A stretch of 64,000 bases of DNA from positions 62,001-126,000 of the forward strand of contig JAADVB010000011.1 of NCBI GenBank assembly GCA_023334545.1, read 5' to 3'. This document shows positions 22,904 through 33,629 of this stretch, piece by piece. Source of the stretch: Salisapilia sapeloensis CBS 127946. Taxonomy: Eukaryota; Protista; Oomycota. Numbering within the stretch: position 1 is the stretch's first letter; each line of letters starts with the position of its first letter. Below the pieces are notes generated by a model, which had not been told where the DNA came from, did not search any database, and was given only the letters and a program-made list of their open reading frames with translations. The translations under genes were made by a program, and so were the position numbers.

Positions 22904-23955
22904 TCATTGCATTACACTAGTTCTTGCCTTGTTTTCGAGATGGATGTGTTGAGTGCATACATTGGATAGTTCCACGAGTGACATGCGACCACTTTGACGA
23001 ATGGATGTGGCAATGGACTGAATTGCATCCGGAGTCACGCGGATAAAAAGGCCATTGTCGTCGAGGATGCCAGGTAGACGACGGCTTTGTTGAAGATTTT
23101 GGAGAAGATCTCGTGTCTGGTAGAGCGGGATGTGGCATCCAGCGGCGATATCCTCGATATTGACCTCATCACGGTTCTATAGTCAAAATTCAGATGCAAG
23201 CGGCAAATGGAAGTGGTTCATCCTTACCGAAATATACTGGAGGATGTCGGATTGTAGTGTCTGAACATCTCGTTGGTCCTTTTCATCCTGAGTGGAGGTT
23301 TTCCACAGACCCCATCCAATCAACGAGGCACTGTCATTCTGGGAAACTCGCTTCTCAAGCTCTCTTTCGTACTTGTCTTCCGCTTGTCGTTTCACTTGCA
23401 ATGCCTAGTGTATAGCAATAAGCATGTAGCTTGGCAGGGTGATTTAGGATCGATGGATACTCGTTGCTGAGCTTCATCTCTTCGTCGTTGTTCCGCTCTC
23501 CATGCCTCGTTTGCCTGTTTCCGGTATAATTAGCATGCTTGATTAAGTGCTTGAGTTCATATGCAGCTCATACACGTCGAATCTCTTCCTTCTCTCGTCG
23601 CTTCATCTCCTTCTTTAACTCTCGTCGTGTCATTTGTCTCCTATTCATGAATTAGCAAAGCCACGACACTCAAATTGTTCATCTATATGTTTACGGTGCA
23701 TTGCCATCCTCATTCTGCGGTACATTTCGGCGACGTAGACGCGCTTGCCGGTCTGGATTCTGCTCAGGATGTGGTGGGATGTCTTCATCGTCCACCTTTC
23801 AAAAGGTATTAGCCTTCAAAATGATATTCATAGCAACGCAAGCTGCTGCACGTTACCTCTTGATGTCGAAAGTATCCACCGGCGTACAAGATCGTGTACA
23901 AGATGCTGCCCAGGCCGCACAAGGAGATGACGAGCAGAAGGGTGTCAAAGCTCAT
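22904..23955 (-). CDS. DDRGK1: DDRGK1/UFBP1-like ER membrane protein (UFM1 E3 adaptor family), multi-exon; not present as an ORF in the track
   Basis: N-terminal anchor MSFDTLLLVISLCGLGSILYTILYAGG; charged coiled-coil middle. C-terminal winged-helix exon NRDEVNIEDIAAGC..LPGILDDNGLFIRVTPDAIQSIATSIRQSGRMSLVELSN aligns with the DDRGK domain (GVIDDRGKFIYITPEE..FIRQRGRVSIAEL). Confidence 0.8.
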
Positions 23956-24774
23956 TTTGTGTCCAAAGCAGGTGGTTTATGTGCAATTCTAACTTCAAAT
24001 TCCCATCGTCATGGCTGAACCAGATTCCAATTCGCCGAGACGGATATCCTAATTCCCCTATTTGTCTGATCTGATGTGGAAACTAATGGCCTTGTTGTGC
24101 ATTGTGGCTTCAGGTGGTCGCAAGTAGTGTATGGCATGTGAACGGATCGTAGAAAAAAGTAGATGATGAACAGTTCAGTTTGTCCCTTCCATTTCGCGTC
24201 TGATGTGTCAAAGCCACTGTTAAACAACCATGTGCATTTCGATGGAGTACTTCCGAATGTGCTGCATCATGAATACCATCTCTTTAACTATCCTATACGA
24301 CACGATCTGCTACCAAAGCTTTAATTTGAGATATCAAAGGTACATATAGCAAGTAACGCTGCAACATGTCTGTTTGATTATTTATATTGTCTCCTCTGAC
24401 TCTTTGTGATGCCTCAAGTTGAATGATCAAGGTTCCTATACAGGTTACTTCCATGGAGTGATTTAGGTATAAGAGAAGCTGATGAACTAGGTATGCAACA
24501 CAAACCAATAGTTCAGTATGCCCCTTGCCTTCTTATTACTCTCCAGGTTTCTATTTTTGGAATTCTGATCGGGCCAGTACCTGCGGTATACCTTAGGAGT
24601 CATCCTCCGACATGTCCAGGGTATCTGTTCATCTGAATATCATTAACCGTCGGACCAGAGGTCGAGGCACCTGATAACCTTTTTGCTCTCTCTCTTATTA
24701 TTCAAGTATCGCTACCGCAGCGAATACCTCTCCTGCCTGCAAGCAGACTTCGCTTCGATCCACGGGTAGCAAGT

Positions 24775-26889
24775 ATGGCCTCACTCTTTCCGTTCGTCGA
24801 GAAGAACTTCAAGCCAACGATTAATGCCACCATCGAGAGAGAACTTCGCTTCCTTGGACAGTCTCGTATCGATGCACTCACGGCGGACTACGATATGGCT
24901 CTCGTAAAAGAGAAAAAGGGTCTACAGGTATACGAACATGATGAAGATGAGCTTCTTACCTTGAAAAGCGTCGTGATCGTACCTGGCCAAGTCTCGGACG
25001 TTATGGAAATGCTCAAGATGAGTACTTCTCAGGCCCTTCGGGATACCATGGGTGAAATATTCGGCGCTCTGTTTCTCGATGGAAGTGTCCTCCACTCGTC
25101 CAAAGATGGTTCCTTCCGACGAAACGAATGCCTTTCAGTGAATTGGATCGCTCTTCAGTCAGCTAAGCCTCATCTTCCGCACCGCGACTACGTGTTTTTG
25201 CAATATGGAGATTCCTTCCGTCGCAATTCGGACGCTGGACGAGGGCAGCTTACGGGTGCTCTTATCTGGGAATCCATCGAGCTAGACACTTGCGTTCCAT
25301 TACCTCCCTCTCAAAACGTTGCTCGACTCAAGTTCCGTCGTTCTGGATTTGTCGTCGAAGAGCTTCCTAACAATGATGAAAGTTGCCGAGTATCTTTCAT
25401 CTTGTCGGAGGCTCATCCTGGTAGATTGACTGTCTCGAACGTCACGAAGACTTGGATGCTGAAAATGGTCAGCAGTGTGGTCGAAATGGAAAGCGCGATT
25501 GTTGGACGTGCACTAGCTTCCCAAAATTTGCTCACGAAAAAGCAGTTTACTAAGGACAGTGACATCTGCACGCTGTGCAACAAGTCGTTCTCCGTGTTCC
25601 GTCGTAAGCACCACTGTCGTGTTTGTGGCGAAGTTTGCTGCAGCAAATGCAGTGAGCTGAAAGTTGTCAAGAAGCAAGGATTGTCTAACGAAGTGCGTGT
25701 GTGCTGCCAATGCCGCTCCAGCTCCATGTCTAGTAGTCTACGCTCTTCCAGCAGCAAATCGAGCGTTGATGCTCCATACAAGATGTCAGGATCCGCCTAT
25801 TCGACTGGTAGTGCAAGTCAATCCTACTCTTATGATGATAACTCAAGGGAACACCTCCATCACGCAAGTATGGGAAGCTCGTACTCCAGCGACCACGCGC
25901 GAGTGAAGGCACACCCTCCACCGATGCAAGGGCATTCTGTATCGTCGGCATCTTCCAGCAAGATGAGGCAAACACCCGAGGCCTATCACCCCTTGACCAA
26001 GTCCAGCGTTTCAACCTCATCTTCTACTTCCTCTGACATGATCTTACTGAATTCGTCGAAGCATGAATCGTTCGACGACACCTATGGTGACGGCCAGGGT
26101 GAATACGACCTTGCAGCCGTTGCGGAAGATCGTGCGTCTCAGGAACACCCTCATGTATTTGAAAACACAGGCTTCAGCTATGCGCTGAACTACTCTAGCC
26201 GTCAGGATTGGCCACGTGCTCCATTGCCATTAAATGAGCCCGCTCGATTGCACAAAGTGAAGGAGTTGCATCTAGCTGATCCCGGCAAGCAGTTCCAGGA
26301 CATGTGCGAGTATGTAGCAGCTGAAATGGGATGCTCGATGGCAAGTCTGACGTTTGTCGGTGAAAAATGTGGATTCCTTATGGCCTCCATCGGCGTGGGA
26401 AAGAAGGAAATGTCGCGAGACTTACTACTTGAAGCCCACGTCATCATGGACGAATCTCCAACCATTGTGCTCGATGCGTCGGAAGAGGTTCGCTTTGTCA
26501 ACAACCCAGCCGTGAAGAGCGGTCAAATCCGATTCTTTGCTGGATTTCCACTTGTGACGGCAGATGGCTTCATCGTCGGTTCATTAAGCGTGGCGGATCC
26601 GTTTGCGCGAGAGAATTTGGACGGAGAGAAAGTGACCTTCTTGAAAAAGCTTTCGGAAGCAGCTATCAAGGCCGTGGAGCAAAACACGAATGCGCAGATT
26701 CAGCAGAGTCAGGCGCTAACCGTTACTGGGCAAGGAAGCAACATTGTCAACACTGACACCGGGATGCCTCCGCCACCACCATCGCCGGATTACTCTTACG
26801 TCGATGCGCAACAAAGAATGCAGCAGTTACTCCAGACTGCTTACTCAACCCAATGTCAGGTGCGCATGCAAGTGAATCCGCTCATCTAA
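24775..26889 (+). CDS. START-like / FYVE / GAF domain protein (oomycete-type architecture)
   Basis: 704-aa ORF. START-like N-terminus (VNWIALQSAKPHLPHRDYVFLQYG). FYVE CTLCNKSFSVFRRKHHCRVCGEVCCSKC..VRVCCQC. Ser-rich linker. GAF PLPLNEPARL..VRFVNNPAV..IRFFAGFPLVTADGFIVGSLSVAD. Confidence 0.88.
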   Translation: MASLFPFVEKNFKPTINATIERELRFLGQSRIDALTADYDMALVKEKKGLQVYEHDEDELLTLKSVVIVPGQVSDVMEMLKMSTSQALRDTMGEIFGALFLDGSVLHSSKDGSFRRNECLSVNWIALQSAKPHLPHRDYVFLQYGDSFRRNSDAGRGQLTGALIWESIELDTCVPLPPSQNVARLKFRRSGFVVEELPNNDESCRVSFILSEAHPGRLTVSNVTKTWMLKMVSSVVEMESAIVGRALASQNLLTKKQFTKDSDICTLCNKSFSVFRRKHHCRVCGEVCCSKCSELKVVKKQGLSNEVRVCCQCRSSSMSSSLRSSSSKSSVDAPYKMSGSAYSTGSASQSYSYDDNSREHLHHASMGSSYSSDHARVKAHPPPMQGHSVSSASSSKMRQTPEAYHPLTKSSVSTSSSTSSDMILLNSSKHESFDDTYGDGQGEYDLAAVAEDRASQEHPHVFENTGFSYALNYSSRQDWPRAPLPLNEPARLHKVKELHLADPGKQFQDMCEYVAAEMGCSMASLTFVGEKCGFLMASIGVGKKEMSRDLLLEAHVIMDESPTIVLDASEEVRFVNNPAVKSGQIRFFAGFPLVTADGFIVGSLSVADPFARENLDGEKVTFLKKLSEAAIKAVEQNTNAQIQQSQALTVTGQGSNIVNTDTGMPPPPPSPDYSYVDAQQRMQQLLQTAYSTQCQVRMQVNPLI

Positions 26890-27277
26890 CTCTAGAGACG
26901 TTCATGTTTTCTTTTTGAGTTTGGATTTTGCTTTCAATTAGATGCATATCGGTCCATGAAGGTGATAGTGGACCTCGTAGATATACAAAAATGTATTTGA
27001 TGATGATCCTTCAAATTGGTTCACTTTTTTACCTTCATACCTCTTTCGATCTGCTGCGAGGCTGATGCTTATTCTCCACACTTGCAGACGCATAAGAGAT
27101 GACTAGGAATAGTACAGAATGAATTTCGTGGTCAGTAAGGGTGAAGTAGCTGAGGCAAACCGAGTAGAAGCCGGAAGACACGTAACAAGCGGTAGTATCT
27201 GGTCTAGTCAATGCTGCTTATCAAATCGATTTTAAAACCACTATAACGCTAGAGAGCAAGTGCAAAGTAAACACGAT

Positions 27278-27667
27278 TTAGATTTTATCATCGTCGTCGT
27301 CATCAATGCCAGCCAAGAACTTCTCGAGCTCTTCGTCTCCACCAGCAGGTTCCTCCTTCTCCTGTCTGCGAAGTTCGGCACCAGCATTGAGCAACTCGTC
27401 CAAGTGAGCCTTCTGCTTCCACATCATGAGAGTTTCTTCCAACTCCATGTTGGCCTTCTGGATGAGCATGTCGACGACACGCGGGTCATTCACCTCGGCA
27501 TGCTGACGGAATAATGCCTGGACATTCAGTCGAGCCTCTCGTGGCTCCACGGGTAGATCATAGAGGGTTAACAAACGAGGGATCTGTTTCGTGACAGCCC
27601 GGTACAGGGCCACCGCCGGACTCGACACGTGGTCCACAGACTTCTTCGCACTCACGCGCAACGCCAT
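27278..27667 (-). CDS. NDUFA6: Mitochondrial complex I LYR-family subunit NDUFA6 (B14)
   Basis: LYR motif (ALYRAV), LYDLP, DPRVVDMLIQKANMELEETLMMWKQKAHL. Basic, hydroxylated N-terminus MALRVSAKKS resembles a presequence. Confidence 0.9.
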   Translation of the reverse strand: MALRVSAKKSVDHVSSPAVALYRAVTKQIPRLLTLYDLPVEPREARLNVQALFRQHAEVNDPRVVDMLIQKANMELEETLMMWKQKAHLDELLNAGAELRRQEKEEPAGGDEELEKFLAGIDDDDDDKI

Positions 27668-28797
27668 GGCTCCTTGGTTTTGATTTCGGCGGTTCGTGTT
27701 CACATATTTTCGTACCTAGTGGTGTCTACTATTGTCCCAAATGATTCGAGACGATGTGGAGTTTTTCTAGACCACAATATAGTGACATGGTCACAGAAGT
27801 CAGGGTTTTCTGCTAGCCCACGTGTTTGTATCGGAGACTAAGTTACTATGTATCTTGAACGTGCGGGAGCTTGTCGACACTTAATAGGATGCGGTGAGTC
27901 TCGGACCCAGCGTGAGGGCGAGCTCCCTTCTCAATCTGAGCTGCTTTCGATTCTGTCGTGGCTCAATATTTGCAACATAGAAGGGCAAAATAGCCATCAG
28001 TCTCAGTTTAGGGCTGAATAGTAACCTTTTCTAATTACACACAAAATGCCATAGTGATATTTTAGACACGAAAGGAACTTGGCTCACCAAGTTGTGTCTA
28101 TGGAGAAGCCATTTCTGAAAAGCTACATTCATTGTAATGATCTTGGCGAATGTTATTTATGGTTATTATCATCTATTTTTTTCGCTACGCAGTATGTTGC
28201 TGTGCTTATTATAATCCAGATCTACTTTACCGCATTATGTGAATGTGCAACTTGAAGTTTTGTCGTCTACAACTTACTCTTCGTCTTCTTCCTCATCTAT
28301 AGTAATATGCGCATTACATTTGTACTTTCGCGACAGTCTAATCTTTGAAAGAATCCTCCAATTCGCTGGCGTTCTTCTCAATTCTAACTTAGTCGTCTCT
28401 GCTTCGTCCAATATCCATTTCTATCCTGGATAGAAACATCCGCAACGATGTGTAGACGGCAGGATACTTTTTAATCCAGTGCGCTATCCGATTGTAGCAT
28501 CGTGTCTTCGATTGCTTTATCGTCAAGTACTAAACTGTCATACTTACTGATATGGTCACCGCTCTCTCCAAGAACGGATAATGTACCCACATGAAATGAA
28601 AAGTATAGTGATCACCTAGGTTACTATCTAAGCCAGACACTCGGATCTTCATCTTGTAAAGATACTACATATCCACATTGAGAAGATAAATATAACTCTA
28701 ATCTACTCTTCATTCGTCAGACCTTGTTTATCCATTACTAGCCGAGTATGCAAATAGAAAGTGTATTGCAAGTCCGATTTCGATCTTTATTCTCGTT

Positions 28798-31700
28798 CTA
28801 TGCATCCATCGACACGGGTGACTCCGATCTCCTATCCGATGACGATGAATCCTTCACGTCCTCCGACTCGTCACTTTCCTCCTTCTTGTCTTTTGTACTC
28901 GTCGTTGGCTGCCTCGATATCGTCACCTCCACTTTCTCCAACTGATCACTCAAACTCTGCTGCAGTTTCTTCATCTCATCTCGGAACGTCTCGCTGTCTC
29001 GCATCAACTTGCCGCCATTCTCGACAAACGACGACAACGGCGTGCCTTCATCCGTCATCGTCAAATCATGACTCTGCGCTCGGTCCTTGGACGCACGAAC
29101 GCCGCCAAACGATGGTCGAGGCTGGAACGACGGCTCATCGTAGCTATGATTCCGCACGCGCTCTTCTTCCGACACCTTGGGGACTTTCGGAAGACTCTCA
29201 ATCTTCTCCTTCGCGAGCTCATGCACATCCGCCGGCGCCTTCTCCTCTTCTGCACTAGCCTCTTGCTCCGATTCGGAGAATTGCTGTCCTTGACTCACTT
29301 CCTGCGTCTCCGTCTCCTTCGTCTGAGAGGTCTGAGACGCACTCGGTGACGACTGAGGACGTAGTTCCGACACGAGATGCGGTACTTGGACGAGCGCATC
29401 CGGGTCTTCGCAGTAGTACGTAAAGTCCTTAAACGTCGGGTCTTGCACTGGTGGCGTAGACCCTTGCATCCGACTGCCAACAAGAGACAAGAAACCCTTC
29501 GAGCGATTAGCTGAACGTTCCGTCGGTGACTGCACTTCCCGATGGACATCCAAATCCGTGAACTCTGCATCGACATACTGGACATCGACCGACGAATTCA
29601 GCTTGGGTTTCCATGGTGGCGTCGCTTTCTTTAGTAGCAACTTATCCCAGTCGACGCTCTTAAAGTACGGATGCGACAGAATGTCACTGATGTTCGTACC
29701 CAGTCTCTTCGTCGGGTCTTTCTGTAAAAAGTTATGCAGAATGTCCTTCAAGTCAGAAGACAGCTCTGGTTTATCTGGGAATTGCAGTGGTTCCTTTTGA
29801 ATGCGACTGTACATCTTCTCAATGTTATGATCATAGAACGGAGACTTGCCGACGCTCATTTCGTACAACAAGATACCGAGACTCCACCAGTCCGCTGCTT
29901 TGCCGTACGACCGCTTGGCCTTTGGGAGCAAGAGCTCGGGTGCAGTGTACTGGGGAGACCCCGCCATGGTCTTGGCGCCACGAAAGTCCGACACGTGCAG
30001 CTTGGCTAAACCAAAGTCGACGAGTGCGATGTGCCCGTCGGCATCGATCATCACATTCTCTGGCTTAATGTCTCGGTACAAGATATCATGCTGATGCAAG
30101 TGGTGGATGGCGAGGACGAGTTCGGCCGTGTAAAAGTGCGCTCGATCCGACGGGATGCGACAGGATGCACCTTTGCTCATGTGGTGGAAGAGGTCCCCAC
30201 CGCTATAGTAGCTCATACCTAAAAAGAGTTTCGTGCGCGACTGGAAAGCGATGCGTAGACCAGCAATGAACGGATGGTGGACGTTCTGCGCCACACGCAT
30301 CTCCGTGAAGGAGCTTTCAATGTCGTACTTGGTCATTTTGCCCTTCTCCAAGATCTTGAGCGCGTAGATCTGACCGTCGCTCTTTTTTACGGCGTTCACG
30401 ACCGTACCAAAGCCTCCCTTGCCAATCACATTGTACACGGTAAAGTCCTTGAGAGAAATCGACAGCGATCGAGTGGATCGGAAGGCGGCGTCCGACATCT
30501 CGCTGTACGGATTGCGCGCATCTAACGGCCGCCACGTGCCCGTCGCCATCTTCTGATCGACATCGACACGAAGACGGAGGATACGTCCGTACGGTCCAAG
30601 GCGAATGCGATGGCTGAAGGGATGGTAGACGGTCGTGCCAGTGAGTTTGCTCTTCACCTTTTCATGTCCTTTGACAAAGATCTGCTTTCCCTCTGCGTCC
30701 TTCGTCACGTCGTTCACGGAGAACTCTAAAAGCTCAAAGTTTTGCGTAAAAGCGCCGAGGAAATGCATCAAACCTTCTCGACCAAAGTAGTCGCCTGTGA
30801 ATTGCATCGCTTTCGGGTAATTCGACGTGAAGACGAGATCTTTGTTAAAGTAAGCAAAGAGCTCGTACAGAGCAGACTTGTCGCCGTTCATCAGACGCTT
30901 GTACACGTCATAAGCAGTCGTCGTGCGCATGTCTGGCTTAGCGTCGTAGCGATACCGGTTGTAGAGCGGTTTGCTGTTATTCCGCATGTTGCTCGCATCG
31001 ACACCGGCTTCGAGGAAGTAAACCCACGCGAGCTGGTCCACTTCCGTAGGGACAGAACAGTGGAAGACCTTGCCTTCGGTTGTTTCGAAGCGAAAGTCAA
31101 AGGCATTGCTACTACGTTGCTCTTCCTTCTTGACACTCGCGACGTTCACGCGTCCTTTAAGATGACTCCGGTTCTGTGCGTCCACCTTGTGTTCATAATC
31201 TACGTCTACGATAAGTACAAGATAGATCGAGGTAGTCCAAGAAGCTTACAGGAAAGAAGATTGCCTTCCAACGTGAAGAACCTCGCTTTCCAATTACGCA
31301 CGAGGTGTCCTCGCTTCGTCACGTAGCCTTCCCACTCGACGATCGGGAGATCAAATGCCTCCAACGCGTTTTCGTCGCTGCTCGTGGGTGTGCTCGTGCC
31401 GTCCTTGTCATGACGTGCTTGTCGCTGACTGTTGCGGGCACTCTGATGTCCGTTCGTAGAGTTTCTAGCGGACAATTGGCGTAATGAATTCACGAAAGCG
31501 TTGCCACGTTGTCCGAACTGTGGCTTGTTCTTCTGTCCGAAGCGCCCACTGAACGAATTCGTTCGTTTATGCGCGTTTTGCTTGGCCTGACTCGCAGGTG
31601 AGTTCGGACTGATTTTGCCCAAACTGACCGTCGACCGCTGCTTTGCACTTTCATCTTCTTCCGAGGGAGACGGTAGCGACGTAAATTTCTTTTCGTTTTC

Positions 31701-31892
31701 AGCCTTCTGCGCGTCTTGCTTGGCCATGGTGCTCAAGGACGTCGCGGACGCTGACGTAGGAAAATTAGGCGCCTCGTTTAACTTTTTGTGCGCAACGTGG
31801 CCCTGCTGGTCGACGGCTCCACTGCTTTCGACGCGCCGCATGCCATTTTCAGGGTCTTTCGGGTCTTCCTCTCGGCTAATTTCGGCACCCAT
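28798..31892 (-). CDS. PH-domain AGC Ser/Thr kinase (Akt/S6K/SGK-like) with an inserted SnoaL/NTF2-like domain
   Basis: PH domain EGYVTKRGHLVRNWKARFF..|..DQLAWVYFL is split by a 44-nt intron (31206-31249). Kinase motifs IGKGGFGTV, YALKIL, YRDIKPEN, DFGLAK, TMAGSPQYTAPE, DWWSLG. AGC C-tail PPWKPKL and hydrophobic motif FKDFTY. The N-terminus MGAEIS fits a myristoylation pattern. Confidence 0.9.
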
Positions 31893-32202
31893 GTTCGTGG
31901 TCGGTCGCAAGAGTTCGGTGCACGGAAGAAAGGAAGAGAGTGGGTGTACGAATTATATGTGAGAGACGTAGCGAGAATAAATGTGTGACTTTGTAGAGCA
32001 AAGGCAGGTGGTCTCGGTGACGTATCGTAAATCCTTTTGCTTGCTCACGATGATCGATTACACGCCCCCAGTCCGGAGCTCGAGGAACGGTCTAACGTTA
32101 TGCTACTGCAGGTGCACACGTCTTTTCTGCCAATCATGCGCTCGTTTTTCGATTTTCGACCAATACAACACAGACTAAGATCCAGTCTGCACACTACGAG
32201 GC

Positions 32203-32526
32203 ATGTCGAAGCGATCGTATTTTGTTGGTGCCGCGCTCGCTGGTATTGCCGGCACGTCTCTCGCGAGCGTGTCCGTACTCATGTATATCAGGTTTGCCGA
32301 TCCGCAAGAGTTTGCGGACGGAACGATCCGAGCTTCCAATCCGGAAGTCACGGACGCTTTTAATCGCAAATGGGGCGTCTACGGCACGGGCATCTTTGAC
32401 TCGATCCCACAATCGATTAAAGACTTTTTCGTGATCCCGGACATGGCGGAGAAAATCAAGGAACAGAACCGCAAGCGGGAGCAACAGATACAACAAACGA
32501 TTGAAGATCTTCGACCCAAGAAATAA
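32203..32526 (+). CDS. Small single-pass membrane protein, unknown function
   Basis: 107-aa ATG ORF with N-terminal hydrophobic helix (YFVGAALAGIAGTSLASVSVLMYI) and C-terminal coiled coil. Lies head-to-head with the kinase gene. Confidence 0.6.
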   Translation: MSKRSYFVGAALAGIAGTSLASVSVLMYIRFADPQEFADGTIRASNPEVTDAFNRKWGVYGTGIFDSIPQSIKDFFVIPDMAEKIKEQNRKREQQIQQTIEDLRPKK

Positions 32527-33629
32527 ATCCGTTGCAGTACTAGTGTTGCTATTCTTACGTCACATGCATATACGGATTGTGCTATTAATCCTGATCCATT
32601 ACATGGAGCAGCTATGATGATGCCACTGACAAGTCTCATTGCTCCTCGCATTTGAATGGTCGGAACAAGTGAGACCGTCGTGCCTTCGCAACATTCTCGG
32701 AACGCCGGATACTTCGTAGAATCAGATCTCCATACCTACTCGGAAAGAGTGTCCATGTGATGCACTTGTATCTTCCATTGTTGACTGTTCTGCATGATGT
32801 GAACGTGCCTTATAAACACCTTTCTTTACAGGAGGTATCCTGGAAGAGGTGGACGTTGAAGCATTTGATCTAGATACGTATGCTAGACACGAACTAGCAT
32901 CCGAGTATCGAATTTGTTTTCTATAAATCTCTTCCGATGTTTATCCCTGCGAAAGCAAAATAGCTCTTATTGCTATAGCAATTACATCCCTACAGGCAGT
33001 ACACCTTTCCCATTCATGCAGCTCTTGGTAGCATCTGCAGATGGTTGAAGCTTAAAAGCGGTCGTTGATTTATCTGTAGCATAGCCTTAGTAAACACTTC
33101 TTAATTGCCAAGAAAACAAATATAAAATCGAAAGCTGCATTAATTACGGGTTATATGAGAGTAGATTTTCTGCTGTAGTGCTTATTGGATATGCTTTTCG
33201 ACATTGTAAATGTATTAAAGCTTCTTAAAGGATGAATATGTATCTGTTTGTCATGTTGGTGCCCTCCTATCAAGTCTACCTGGCGGTAATCGAAACGCCT
33301 TCAAAATATGGCAAACGATATGTTCAGAGCCCTTTGAGTTTTGAAAGTCATTACAAGTGCTTGCAATTAGGCTTGGCTGCCGATAGAAATGGATGACCAA
33401 GACCAGGTCGGTTTGACTTGTTAGAGATCTTGTCGTGTGGAAAGAGCTCTGCTGAATTACAGCACAGAGTTTCCATGCCGATCATGTATTCCTGCGTACA
33501 CCGTGGTTTAAACGTATACGATTTGGCTGATAAACTCTTCGTTTAATGACATTGCTCGATGTCATAAGTGTAGCCGAACTCGACAAGTCACCAGTCGAGC
33601 AACACTATGATCGGATAATAAACTTCTTG

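Noticed and set aside
6641-23955. Sec61 alpha and DDRGK1 as a functional ER-translocon quality-control cluster
   Set aside because: They are about 15 kb apart with four unrelated genes between them; two genes do not demonstrate clustering.
32530-33625. About 1.1 kb gene-free stretch (also 27950-28790 and 24000-24700) as possible transposon remnants
   Set aside because: No transposase or RT motifs, LTRs or TIRs could be recognised, and the short ORFs lack coding signal. A repeat-library search could still overturn this.
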